A stretch of DNA of 64,000 bases, taken from assembly GCF_009914755.1 (NCBI RefSeq), contig NC_060944.1. One strand, 5' to 3'. Under the pieces are notes generated by a model that was given only the letters and a program-made list of their open reading frames with translations, searched no databases and was not told the origin of the DNA. The position numbers and the translations under genes are program-made. This DNA comes from the human T2T-CHM13v2.0 reference genome, Homo sapiens. Shown one piece after another: positions 1 through 12,322 of this stretch (the stretch's first letter is position 1; each line of letters opens with the position of its first letter).

Positions 1-1564
1 TTTATCCTTAATTATTATAAGGTTACCCTTGGTGGTGTCAACACCTTCAGGTTTCTGGGTGTCCAGCGCAGTGGGCCACAGTTCTCCTGTGGCCAGAGGA
101 CATTCTGTGGCAGAGAGACACAATTTCCTTTGACGTATATGGGGATTCTTGTTAGGTGACCTCTGGGGTAAGCTGATGGGGGACAGGGCCAGACACCAAC
201 AGTATCTGCTACAGATGTTAAAAAAATAAATAAGATGACACATTTAAGGATTTAGCATATAAATGCTTAATAAATGCTAGCTGCCATAATTAAAATGATA
301 GCATTAGCACTATCATAACTAGTGCAGAACTCATATTAAAATCCAAGTTTTGTGAATTCTGGTCTCAGAGTATTTTAATTAATGGGGGAATCTTCATGTT
401 TCTTTTTCATGGTTGTATTTCCCTCGTTTAATCTTTATGTTTGTGTAAACTAACCCTCAGTTCTCCATTCTTAGGGTAGGAATAATTAAATGGGAACCAT
501 TTTTGCAGACTAAATTTTCCATCTCTGAAATTCTGTGCTTCACCTTAGGAAAACCCCCAAACTAACATTAGCTACTATTGTTGTTTTATTTCTTTAAGCC
601 ATGCCACTTATGGCTCTGGGGTCAGGAGATAGACATCTTGTTTTTATGAAGGCTCCCAAGGGGTGAACTGCAGTCAAACCACGTTTCCCTGGAAGACTTC
701 AAGCCATTTTAGCTGCTCAATGGAGAACACATCCCAGGATGCAGGCAGGTTTCCAAGACAACTGGGGGTTTGATTGTTCATAGAAGGATGGCCAAAGCAG
801 CTGCATATTGGTGCTTTGGAAGTCTCAAACTATTCCACAAGAGCTTTGAGTTCTGTAAATCCAAAACATATTTGCTACAAATATTTTTCTTTTCATTTTT
901 TAATCACATATATATTACAAGGGAAATATATTCCATCTGATTTTTTTTACTCACTTATATTGTCCAAATGAAATTTTGAAATGTATTTGATGTTCTATAA
1001 TTTAAAGAAAAATTCACTATAATGGAAAAACATATTTGGTAAAAGGCAAGTGCTTCTGCTCTTCATGCTGCTAGTGACTGTGGGTCACTGAAGTGGCCTC
1101 AGAGTCAACACAATGAATTGGCCATGTCGTGGATTCCTTTGAAGGATGGTTCCAGCTCTCTCAGTGGCAGATACAATGGGTAACAAAGGGCTCATCTAAT
1201 TCTATTAATCACAGAAACTTGGCAAAGAGAAGAGTATGGCATAAAGAGGTTCAAGGACCTGAAATACCAGTGAGTCCAACCTCACTTTATTTTACAGCTG
1301 AGGAAACTGAGCCCCAGAGGGGAGAAATTCTTTGCCTAATGACACATGGTTAATTAAAGGCAGATTTGGGGTCATAAACTTAGGTCTCCTGAGACTAGGA
1401 GCAGGGTACCAGTATTCTTTCTACTGTCTGTGCTGTAAAGCATCAAAGCACAAATACAAAATCTGACTGCAAAACTGAAATCACAAGTGTGTTCAAGAAT
1501 CATGGGCTGTTATGAATTTTGGAGGAACAGGGAATACAGAAGTTTTAAAAACAGACTCTCCTTC

Positions 1565-1790
1565 AAAGAGCACAGGCTCTGGGGTTAGATAGGCTGTGAT
1601 GTGCTCCTGTTGCAATTTTACTACCTCCCTAATGATAATGACTTTGGGAAATTACTTAACTGCTCTGAGTTTCTGTTTCCTAATCTGAAAAATGGGTTAA
1701 AATTAGCATCCACACATCAGATTGTCATGAAAGTTAGATAAAAACCTGGATATAAAAACACTTGCTACAGTGGCTACCATGGAGCAAATA
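1565..1790 (+). mobile_element. MIR SINE fragment
   Basis: MIR core-like sequence 'ctttgggaaattacttaactgctctgagtttctgtttcctaatctgaaaatggg'. Boundaries approximate. Confidence 0.75.
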
Positions 1791-1931
1791 TTAAAAATAA
1801 AACAAATAAAAACCTTTTTAAAAAAAGTATTACTATTAACATTATTATTCAATGATCTTACTTTCCAGGACAGTGCTTCCTAAAACTGTGTTTTGTAGAA
1901 CACTAATACCAGACGATGGATGTGAATTGAT

Positions 1932-2248
1932 GTTTGGGTTTGTGTTTGTTTGTTTGTTTTTGTTGTTGTTTTGAGACAAGATCTCACTATGTCACCCAAC
2001 CTGGAGTGTAGTGGCATGATTATAGCTCACTGCAGCCTCAAACTCTTGGGGCTCAAGCAATCCTTCCTCCTCAGCCTCCTGAGACTACAGGCAAACACCA
2101 CCACATCCTGTCCAGCTAATTTATTTATTTTTTGTATGTGGAGACAGGTTTTCACTGTGTTGCCCAGGCTGGTCGTGCACTCCTGGCCTCAAGCGATCCA
2201 CATAGGCCTCCCAAGTGGGATTACAGGAGTGAGCCACCATGTCCAGTC
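1932..2248 (-). mobile_element. AluJ-like SINE
   Basis: Antisense Alu body 'ttgagacaagatctcact...gagccaccatgtccagtc' with a GTTT-type tail. TSD TGTGAA(T/C)TGAT at 1921-1931 and 2249-2259. Confidence 0.93.
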
Positions 2249-2944
2249 TGTGAACTGATATAACAAACAAATAAGTGCAAAGAAAATATCCTATATTTCA
2301 GTGTGTTTTGAAAATACATACTCCACTGTTTTCTTGGCTATTCTTAATGCATAATATGCAACTGGTAGTCTGTAAGAAAGCATTCAGGAGAGAACACTAT
2401 TAAATTGTGTTGAATGTAATGTAACCAAAAATCATGTATTTTTCTTTTTAATAACATGCATAAATTAATACTGTATGCAATAGCATTCTGTTATATATCA
2501 GTTATGAGAATGTCAATGTAGGAGAGATAATAGGTAGACACAAAGCTATAATGCACATGGATCATGATCCATCATCAAAAGATGTGTAAAGGTGACTGCC
2601 AAGAAGCATTCCTCTTCCAAATGTGTCTGCTTCATGGATTCTTCATGAAGGAAAAATTATTACAGCAGAAGAGGGTTAGGGGTTACTCAGAGATTGAAGT
2701 GAGGAAGTTCCTGGACACAAAAGTAAGAAAGTGCTGAGGAAGTTTTGGAGAACAGCAAAAATCCAACTTTACACCTTCAGCAGTGGGCAGGATTTGGGGG
2801 AAGCACTGGCTAGAGATTGTGGGACCAGCTTATCTTCCTTTTCTTTTCCAAGGGCCGGAAGTATGCAGGGTTTATTTTTACATTTACAACACCTAGTGCA
2901 GGGTCTGGCACTAAGTAGGACTCAATAAATGTGCACTGAGTTGA

Positions 2945-3660
2945 GACCAGATCTAAGTGGATGTGAAAAGCCATGACAAGGAATCTGGATGCTATTTGGC
3001 AGGCAATGGAGAGCCCTTGAAGCTTGCTGCTCAGGGGAGTGACATATTCAGAAAAGTACTTAGAGAGATCGGTTTGGCACCAGGTAGAAGATGGAACCAA
3101 GGAGAAAGAAACTGGAGGCAAGAATAAATCCAGAATCCATGCACTATTTTAAACAAGAAGCAACTGAACTCATGGATGGACAGAGGAGTGGAGATGCAGA
3201 CAAAAGAGCAGCTGCAGAGGTAGAAAACTAACAGAACCTTCAGTAATAATATTTCTTAAGTTAAAAGAGGAAAATTAACAGGGTTTCATCAATGATTTCT
3301 TATTGTGCAAAGAAAAAGAGATGAATCTTGAGACTCTGAGCTCTGGTTCTCTTAAAAGTGAGAGAATGGTAGTGTCAAGGACAGTCAAAACGAGTGGGGA
3401 AAGTAGACTGTTCGAACTGTGTAGAAAGATGAGCCCAGATTTGAACTTTGAGTCAAGCTTGAGGAGCTGACAGGAAATAGGGCAGATAATCAGAAAGAAC
3501 TTGGAAATGTGCAACAGAAACATGGAGGATAAATTAAAAATGAAAATGTATATCTGGGATCCACCTGCATGGAGCTGAGATCCGATGTTCCGTGAGTAGA
3601 TAGGAGGGTGATTTAGAGACTTGAGGGAAAGGAAAGTGAAAGTCAGGAGCATCATTTCCC
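2945..3660 (-). mobile_element. L2 LINE fragment (a plus-strand L2 3' tail lies at ~2850-2945)
   Basis: Purine-rich antisense L2-like text 'gccatgacaaggaatctggatgctatttggcaggcaatggagagcccttgaagc'. The adjacent 'ctggcactaagtaggactcaataaatg' resembles an L2 3' end. Confidence 0.65.
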
Positions 3661-4600
3661 ACCATTGTCCACAGCTGCAGCCTGACACAGCTTGTTCCAT
3701 GCCCACCCCCTGGAGGCAGATGGCTACGTGCAATCACACCGCTGTCCAGTGCCTGAGTCAACCCTTTAGCTCTGGTCTAGCTCCCCCTAGGGGTGGAGTT
3801 TGAGCATGGTCTTGCTGTTTTGTCTAGGGGCAGCCCTAAACACTCACCTGCCCACTCAATTGAATTTTTTCCCTGCCCCTGTAGTTGTCTTCAGAATGCA
3901 GTCTCCTAAATAAGACTACTTGGATTTGAACTTCAGCACTAGAAGAATGGAAGAGTTTTTTTTTTTTAACTTCTCTCTTCCTTTTCATAAATAAAAATAA
4001 TATGTATGTGATAGTGTTTGCTTATGAAGAGTAAATGTAAAGCATTTGGAAAATTCTTGACATATAGTAGAAGCTTAATATATTTTTCCCATTATTATCT
4101 GTTTTATCACACCAGTTATTTGTGCTTAGTACTGATGCCTGGGCTTATGACTCAGTTTTCGTGAAATTATTAGAAACCTGCCCTGAAGCTCTGTTCCCGT
4201 TGCAAAACAAACAAAACTCAGTTTAACTTGGGTCACCTCCAGAGTCAGGCTCTTGTCCACCCTAACCCCTGTTTCGAGACTGTACTGACTCTTGTCATCA
4301 TAGGAGAACAGAAACTTCCGCACCCCTCCCATCACTCACTCATTTATTAATTTATTGAATCACCCATTCAACTAAGATTTATTAAGCATTCACTTTGTGA
4401 TGGGCACTCTGTCTACAACTACCAGGTAACACTATCTGGAAACTGAGGTAGCCATGCCTTTGCTATTCTGGACACTGTAATACTGTAACCCTCCACTGCA
4501 GCCACCATGACAGCAGGAAGGATTGACACTCTATCCTCACATGAATTTCCAGTGTGCTTTGAGGTTGAGCCACCAAACTCCTCCAGCAAACTGCCTTCTT

Positions 4601-4635
<35 letters not shown>

Positions 4636-4971
4636 TTATTATTATACTTTAAGTTTTAGGGTACATGTGCACAATGTGCAGGTTAGTTACATATGTATAC
4701 ATGTGCCATGCTGGTGCGCTGCACCCACTAACTCGTCATCTAGCATTAGGTATATCTCCAATGCTATCCCTCTCCCCTCCCCCCACCCCACAACAGTCCC
4801 CAGAGTGTGATGTTCCCCTTCCTGTGTCCATGTGTTCTCATTGTTCAAAATGATGAGTTCATGTCCTTTGTAGGGACATGGATGAAATTGGAAATCATCA
4901 TTCTCAGTAAACTATCGCAAGAACAAAAAAAACCAAACACCGCATATTCTCACTCATAGGTGGGAATTGAA
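4601..4971 (-). mobile_element. Very short L1PA2-like insertion with 5' inversion
   Basis: (TTTA)n tail 4601-4640, antisense L1 3'UTR to ~4848, then an inverted L1 segment 4847-4974. Perfect 14-bp TSD CAAACTGCCTTCTT at 4587-4600 and 4972-4985. The 3'UTR reads GATGACGAGTTAGTGGG, i.e. GAG rather than the ACA/ACG of L1HS-Ta/preTa. Confidence 0.95.
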
Positions 4972-6179
4972 CAAACTGCCTTCTTATATCTCCCCAGACT
5001 CATGAGCAAATGGTAGCACAGGGTAAAAGCCCAGGAAGTTCATGCTGATGCCTTGGGAGGATACACAAGAGGGTCAGTACTGCTTTTACCCCATGATGAT
5101 GCAGGCAAGAAGACATCCATCCTCCCATATCTGTTTACATCAGCCCTGATGCCTCATAAAACTTCCCCCCATACAGTCATTAACGAGGTGGTAACAAGGA
5201 TATCAGGGGCCCAGGGGAGACACTCTGTTTGATGTTCTGGATGAAGGAAATGCAGACTTGCTCTTTGTGAAAGTATGAGGGCTAACTTGGAGGCCTGCCT
5301 GACAGTCCCTGTAAGCTCAGACATGAAGTCAGGGGAATACAATTGTGTGAAAGAAGCAGAACAGTGAAGTGTTGAGATGGCAAAATTTGGAAGCCCAAGG
5401 GCAGGGAGCAGAACAGGAAAAACAGGCATAAGAGTTTTCCATGTGGGTAACATAAAATGATTAGTGACATCCACATCAACAGAAGGCTCCCTGTTCTTTG
5501 CTTGTGGTGTGTTTTTGTGTAGACATCCACACTTCCGATCCACAGTGAAGCCTACAAAGGGGCTGAGCACTCTTCCTGCAGTGAACTTATACATGTGCAA
5601 TTGTACGTGTCTTTATTTTTCTCTTTGTTATTTGTGCTGCATTTAACCCTATGGCTGGAACATTATAAATGTTGAAAACTTTGTTGAATGAATAAAGAAA
5701 TAAATGGCTCAAAGATGGGACCATTTAGCAGGAAGAAGGACCTGCCAACCTTCTTTTTCTCTTTTTTGTCTATGGAACCAGACAAGGGCAAAGGATAGGG
5801 AAGTGGCACTGGGGAATTCCACTCTAGAATGTCCTTGAGACTCCCAGTCATTGGTAGGGCTGATGCTTACCGGACCTTCTGGTGCCAAAGATCAATGTCA
5901 CCATAACCAGGGTAATGTGGGGAAGGCAGACCTCAGTCCTCAGCCCAGAAATGGCAAGTTCTTCTCACCCCACATCCTCTCACACTCAGGGCTGGCAGCT
6001 TTTGAATGGGGAAGGACCCTTTGTTCTACCCAAAGATGATCATCTAAATCAGACCAACAGTCCAGCTGGGACATCCACATATACCTTAGTATTCTCTAGT
6101 ATTTATTAGAAATTGGGCATCTCTTTACCTTCTAGGAACAATCTGCAGTTGTGTGGAAGGATCATTGACATTGTAATAT

Positions 6180-6430
6180 CGACAGCAAATAGCTTTTGAG
6201 CACTTATTTGCGTGGGATACTTTTAAAATCTTCTACAGCCATTATCTCATGTGTCATCACAACATCCAAGAGGCAGGAACCTTTACTCCTCTTGTTTAGT
6301 ACATAAGGAAAATGAGGTCTGGAGAGGTAAATTAACTTTTTTATGGTTACAATGCAAGCTATTGGCAAATCTGAACTGAATCCAGGAATTCAGCCTTCTA
6401 AGCAACGCTCTTAAGCATTGCACTGAATAA
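6180..6430 (-). mobile_element. MIR SINE fragment
   Basis: 'cataaggaaaatgaggtctggagaggtaaattaac' matches the antisense MIR core. Confidence 0.7.
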
Positions 6431-8525
6431 TTAGACTCATGTTTATATCTAACTTTACATCTAGCACTAGATGACTTTGTGGTTTTAGGTCTATTACATG
6501 CACTAGCCTCCACTGTTCTTATCTATAAATGGAAAACATAGTGTGTCCCACGATTCTTGTAAGGATATGTGCTAGACACCTCATCAGAGCAGTGTCCAGC
6601 ATATAGGAGGTTACTTTCATTCCCATCACTTTGGTCATTAGGAGAAACTCATGAGGAATGTTTTGGTCTCCAGTTCTGCCGAGTCTGTCTCTTCCTGGAT
6701 CTGCGAGTATATATGATGGTACTCTTTTCCCCTGGCAAGAGAAGGGCAGCTGGGAAACTGTTGCCTCTCAGGATAAAGGAGAATTATCTTCGAGGAGTGC
6801 CAAGTGCGTGCTTATTCATAAAACAAACATTTATGGAGCTTCAACAAGAGTCTGGGCAGCAGCAACTATAGCGTCAGGGACTGTGCAGTTGGTTCATTAG
6901 AAGCTGAAGCCCCCCTGGAGGCCTGCAGGGAGCGGGCCTGGAAGGGGGAGTGGAGTGCAAAGGCCAGCTGGTTCTCTGGCAACAAAGTCAACATCGCCCC
7001 AGATGTCTGCCCTGAGGTTGAGGCCATTAGCTCCAGTTTACCTGTTCACTTCATTTTTCAAAATTAGCCACAAAAGCCTCCCACGGAAACACAATGGGCA
7101 GCATTTCTCAGCGGGGGCAAAAAGAAAACAAAGCATATCTTTCCATGCACTTGTTTGGAGTTTCTGAATGTCCCCCAGAGCCCTGGAGGCTTGGCAGGCA
7201 CGATTTGGATTGCTCCCACATGGATGTCTGTGGAAGCCCCACTTTTCTTTCCTCTCCCAGATTCACCCCAGCTAAGGCCAGGCTGTCCCACCCCTGTCAT
7301 CAGCCTTGCCTGAGCACCCCAACCCTAAACCCAGGAAGACAATGACTTTCTCATTTTCTTGCTCCTTTTTCCTAGGGGATAATATTACAGTTTAAATTCC
7401 TGGGTTGACTTTGAGAGTTGCTGGGAGATGGTATTAGCTTTCAACCACCTGATTTAATCTCTTCTCTCACTCCCACCTTCCCCCACTGCTGTTCAGACAA
7501 GGCAGAGGGCAAAGGGGAGAGGTGAGGAGGTTAAACGCTTGACTGCAGAGACATCTTTTCATCAGGTTTTGTTGAGAGCAGGGCAGACAGGAGTAGCCAG
7601 GGTGTCCGTAGGGCAATGACAGCTTGTGTCTGTCTCTTGCTGACTGTACAGCCCCATATGAACTTATATGGGAGAAATGGGGAGAGAGGGCCAAGAGAAT
7701 GTAATGATGAAAAGAAAGATGAACAAAAATATAAATACTGAAGTATAAGGCTGTGCAGTTGGAGCTGTCCAGTGCAAAATACATTTTTGCCCTAAGACAG
7801 TTCTCTCTAACCTAAAAATCAATAGAAAGTTATGCAATAACCTACTGTGTGCTAAAAAAAAAAAAAAAACTTGCCCCAAATAAAAATAAATTGAAAATAT
7901 TGGTAGGAGAAAAAACAGCTTCTTTAAACACAGGCCAAATGCAAAACAAGTGAAGAGAGAACCCTCAGATGTGATTTATTGGTTTCTATTTTTAATCTTT
8001 GGGGAGTCAAGGGAATAGGAGAGATGCCAGGAGTTTGGAAACTGGATACAAGGAATGTTTTTATTTACACATGATTTAGCTACTAATTAAATGTGTCGTT
8101 TACTGTCTATCCTGCCTGGAATGTAAGTACCAAAAGGACAGGGACTTCTGCTTGCATCTTTTCCATTGAAATATCGCAGTGCAGAGAAGTGTGTTCGATT
8201 TGTAGTAGGTTTGGAACACTATGTGTTAATTGAGTAAATGACAGGAAATAGAGGTGAGTCTGCAGCTTCCCTCAGCAAGGTGTTTTTCAGGACTACTGTT
8301 TGCAGGCCAGGTAATTGTGGGGGTCTCTTCTTGGTTTGAGTCTCTATTTGGAGCTCCCAAACTTCTCTCCTCACTATGTGTGTGTAATGTATGTTTTCTT
8401 GTCTTTACTAAAGAAGTTAGTGAAAGATTTTAGTATCCTCTGACTCACCATCCTCCTGACTTCAAGAGCTCTTTCTTTCTGCGTCGTCCTTGGCTCTGGT
8501 CTTAAACTCAAGCTACTTTGGGTAG

Positions 8526-8976
8526 TGTAGTAGGCTGAACAACAGGCCCCAACAGGCATCAGTTCCTAATCCTTACAACCTTAAGTGTTCCCTTATTAGG
8601 GAAAAGGATCTTTGCATATGTGACTAAGGATCTTGACCTGGGAAGAATATCCTGTTTTATCCAGGTGGTTCTTAAATTCAATCATAAATGTCTTTATAAG
8701 AGAGAGAAAAAGGACATTTGATAAACTCAGCGATGAAGACAATGTGAAGATGGAGGCAGAAATTTAAGCGATGCAGCCACCAGAAGCTGGAAGGGGCAGG
8801 GAAGGAATTCTTCACTGAGCCTCCAGGGACAGTGTGTTCCTGCTAACACCTTAATTTTGTCCCAGTGAAACTGATCTTGAACTCTGGCCTCCAGAACTAT
8901 GAGGGAATACATTTCTGTTGTTTTAAGACACCCAGTTTGGGGTAATTTGTTTCAGCAGTCATAGGAATCTAATTCA
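8526..8976 (+). mobile_element. MLT1 (MLT1B/D-like) MaLR solo LTR
   Basis: TG...CA termini (tgtagtaggctgaa...ggaatctaattca). Typical MLT1 3' part 'ctggcctccagaactatgagggaatacatttctgttgttttaagacaccc'. Confidence 0.88.
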
Positions 8977-9109
8977 GGAATGCTACCCTACTCTTTTCCC
9001 TTGGAGCAGAGCTAAGGGCTTAGTCAGAGGTAAGGCTGGTCAGAACTGAAGAGAGACTGGAATTAAGGACAAGAAGTTGGAACTGGGGGCTGGTGCAGTA
9101 AAGTAAAGC

Positions 9110-9790
9110 CAGTTGCTCTAAGACACGAATGGTGAAATCTTAATGCTGTAACACAATATACATTTACATATTGCTCTTATAAAGCCCGGTTGGCAGCAAT
9201 GGTGAGGGTGGAGATTCTGTTTCATGAGAAGGACTCAACTGATGGAGGCTCAGCCATCCTTACTGCATGATTTTATTGTAACTTTTGAGTTCAGTGGTAC
9301 ATGAGCAGGTTTATTATATAGGTAAACTTGTGTCATGGGGGCATGTTGTACAAATGATTTCATCACCAAGGATCACCGAGGTATTAAGCCTAGTACCTTT
9401 TATTTATTTTTCCTGATTCTCTCCCTTCTCCCACCCTCCATCCTCCAATACAGCCCAGTGTGTGTTGTTCCCCTCTATGTGTCCATGTGTTCTCAACATT
9501 TAGCTCCCACTTATAAGTGAGAACACTTTAATTGATGACTTTTGAGGTTGTCTTGGGCATCTGCATCAAGGACTCAGATGAAGATGGGGGAAAGAGGGGG
9601 GCCAAAGGGTATTTATAATCCAAGCCTGCAAATGGCATACATTACTTCTACCCATATTCTATGAAGTATAACTTAGTCATATTACCCCACCTAGATGCAA
9701 GAGGTCTGGGAAATCTAGTTCCTGCTAGGGTGGCTATATTCCAACCACAATTTTATATTATGGAGAAGAAGCATGAGTTCTTAATGGACA
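9110..9790. mobile_element. Old MLT1 (K/L-like) LTR remnant interrupted by an L1 3' fragment
   Basis: 'ttagtcatattaccccacctagatgcaagaggtctgggaaatctagttcc' resembles old MLT1 consensus. Boundaries approximate. Confidence 0.55.
9270..9525 (-). mobile_element. Old L1PA (roughly L1PA13-16) 3' end fragment
   Basis: Antisense L1 3'UTR 'tacatgagcaggtttattatataggtaaacttgtgtcatggggg...tttagctcccacttataagtgagaac'. Confidence 0.85.
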
Positions 9791-10246
9791 ACAAGCCAAG
9801 TTCTCAACAAAAAGAGAGAAATGCTACAAAGGCAAAGGGACTAAAATAAAAACAGGGTAGTTTAACTCAATATGAGTTTCATTTCAAAAGTCACACAAAA
9901 TATTATGAAGTAGAATATAAAATTCACATGAGTTTTTAAGATATGAATAAAAAACATAAAGCAAATCTGCCTTTATTATTCATTTTTGAGAAGACTTCTC
10001 ATCCAGTAGGCTTATGTATCTACTCCCCTATGCCTTGCACTGCTGAGAATGTAAACACAGAGTCTGCAACCAGCAAGACCAGGGTGCACATTCTATTTCC
10101 TTTACTTACTTACGTGTGTGACCTTGAGAAATTATTTCACTGTTCTTAAGCTTTTATTTCTTTATATTTGGGAACAGGGGAGTTTCTGGAGGTCACACTA
10201 TCTTCAGGATACAAAGACGAGATATAGAGAAGAAAACTGCCTAAAG

Positions 10247-10449
10247 CATGCGCCTGTAGTCCCAGCTACTCGGGATGCTGAGGCAGGAGAATCACTTGAA
10301 CCCTGAACCCAGGAGACAGAAGTTGCAGTGAGCTGAGATCATGCCACTGCACTCCAGCCTGGGAGACAGAGGGAGACTCCGTCTCAAAAAACCAAACAAA
10401 CAAACAACAACAACAAAAAAAGAAAAAAACAAAAAACAAAAACAAACAA
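10247..10449 (+). mobile_element. 5'-truncated AluS-like element (right monomer only)
   Basis: 'gcgcctgtagtcccagctactcggg...gagactccgtctc' plus an A/C-rich tail. TSD AAAACTGC(C/T)TAAAG at 10233-10246 and 10450-10463 indicates truncation at insertion. Confidence 0.92.
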
Positions 10450-10717
10450 AAAACTGCTTAAAGTATTTATTTCTGCACCTTCAAGAGTGGGATGAGTCAA
10501 GATCATACTTGAAATCTGAGCAAACATAGTTGAGTGGCCAACAGAAACTACAATGCACATACCTCACTTCCTGATTAATGGGCCTCCCTCCTGGCAAGGA
10601 TGCTAGGAAGAGACACTGGTAGCCTGGTGAGTGCCACCTAGGGGATGCATGGGGAGCAGTTTGTGGGTGCAAAGAAAATGATGAGGTCGATGATTTGCAT
10701 TTATAAAGAATTAACTT

Positions 10718-11024
10718 GGCTGGGAGCGGTGGCTCGTGCCTGTAATCCCAGCACTTTGGGAGGCCAAGACAGAAGTATCGCTTGAGCCAAGGAGTTTGAG
10801 ATCAGCCTGGGCAACATAGGAAGACTCCAGCTCTACAAAAAATAAAATAAAATAAATTAGTGTGTGTGGTGGTGTGTGCCTGTGGTCTCAGCTACTCAGG
10901 AGTCTGAGGTAGGAGGATATCTTGAGCCCAGGAAGTCAAGGCTGGAGTGAGCTATGATCCCACAACTGTACTCTAGCCTGGGTGACAGAGTGAGACCTCC
11001 CTCAAAAAAAAAAAAAAAAAAAAA
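10718..11024 (+). mobile_element. AluJ-like SINE
   Basis: Full dimer 'ggctgggagcggtggctc...gagacctccctc' plus polyA. TSD AATTAACTT(G) on both sides. Confidence 0.94.
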
Positions 11025-11396
11025 AATTAACTTGAGACTATCTGCTCCAAAGAGCTTCTAGATACTGTTTTGTTTATTTGTTGTTTGTGCCACGATCTCG
11101 AGAGCATGTAGATAATTAATCCTGAAGTTGCACATCCGCATTCTATCTTCTGTTCAATTCATTCATGTAATTAACCAGAAGGAATTGTGATATAAGAAAA
11201 GAATTTTACAAAAATGCTGCTCTTCATGGGACAGTTAACCTAGAAACGGAACTGTCTATTGCCTGCAAATATTTGGCTTTTCCTCTTCTTATTACCACCC
11301 AAAAGGGGTGGCTTTACTTATAGGGCTACCTAGAGGGGAAGAAGAACCAAGTCAGGCTAAAAATCCATGACAGAGAGTCAATGAGTCAATGAGTCA

Positions 11397-11428
<32 letters not shown>

Positions 11429-11432
11429 ACAC
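11397..11432. repeat. (CA)n microsatellite
   Basis: CA run with one GA interruption. Confidence 0.95.
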
Positions 11433-11479
11433 AATATTTAATAACTCTAATAATTGATGATAATATGAAAGTCTGGAAG

Positions 11480-11720
11480 TGTCTATACAATAAATATGTT
11501 AAATCTGACTAAAATTAAATGAGATAGCAGAAAATGTAATAAAAATATGATATAAAGAAAGAAAAGAACCAAATACTACTTCTAGAAAAGAATAGAGAAA
11601 ATAAAGACTTTTTTTTTAAAGCCTTCATGAACAAATTAAACACCAGAATAGACACAGCTGAAGAGAGAACCTATGAACTGGAAAACAGATCTGAATGCAG
11701 CACTACAAAATAAAAAGGTG
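11480..11720 (+). mobile_element. Ancient L1M ORF1-region fragment
   Basis: 'aaattaaacaccagaatagacacagctgaagagagaacctatgaactggaaaacagatctgaa' resembles L1M ORF1 coiled-coil DNA. Confidence 0.65.
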
Positions 11721-12236
11721 ATTGATATGTATCGTCAGGTCTAAATTGCAAGAGATGGCCAACACTGGTGAAAAAGTAGTCTACTAAGAAGCCTGACAAC
11801 TGCACTGAGTAAAATATGAGGCATGGTTTGGGACAAGATGTTCAGAACTAATACTAGGAACATGAGTGGGAGCTGGAGTTTTGTTTATACATTGTTGCAT
11901 AGTGGTGGCATTCCCTAACCCCAATTCTGTGTGACCATGATCTTTTTGGTACTGTGTACATGCAGTCTCTCACAGAATTACTTCAACTGGTGGTGTTACT
12001 GAGAGACACTGAAACAGCAATAGTTTATTCACTGAATTTTTCTTTAAACACAGATCTGTATATTAGTTTTTTAAAAGAATATTAATAATAAAATTATATT
12101 TTATATGCCTTCTTAAATGGTGTTCACTAATGTCAGGCTTAGGAGAAAATATTTAAGATTCAGTAGGAACCTAGTAAAACTAGGGCTATAATTATAATGG
12201 AAACTGCATAAATCGCTCCCTCTCTTACTCCTACAG

Positions 12237-12322
12237 CCAGCAAGACCTCTTAGGGAGTTCCAGGTGGATGGGAAAAGGGGACCAAATGAGTTCATCACCA
12301 GAAGCAGGCCTCAGAAGAGAAG
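12237..12322 (+). other. Candidate internal exon A (86 nt) of an unidentified, probably non-coding transcript
   Basis: Acceptor ctccctctcttactcctacAG and donor AAG|GTAAGA, in non-repeat sequence. No expression data. Confidence 0.4.

Noticed and set aside
1950-2258. Alu-derived ORFs (also 17014-17406, 22299-22487, 29734-29928, 55010-55336)
   Set aside because: Typical translations of antisense Alu sequence, not genes.
3275-3733. 152-aa ORF, and similar 147-148-aa ORFs at 5154-5600 and 24662-25105
   Set aside because: No recognisable domain, partly overlapping L2 or LTR-like remnants, and lengths compatible with chance.
5030-5662. Possible ancient LTR remnant (also ~35750-36360)
   Set aside because: LTR-like in feel, but I could not match a family or define termini with confidence.
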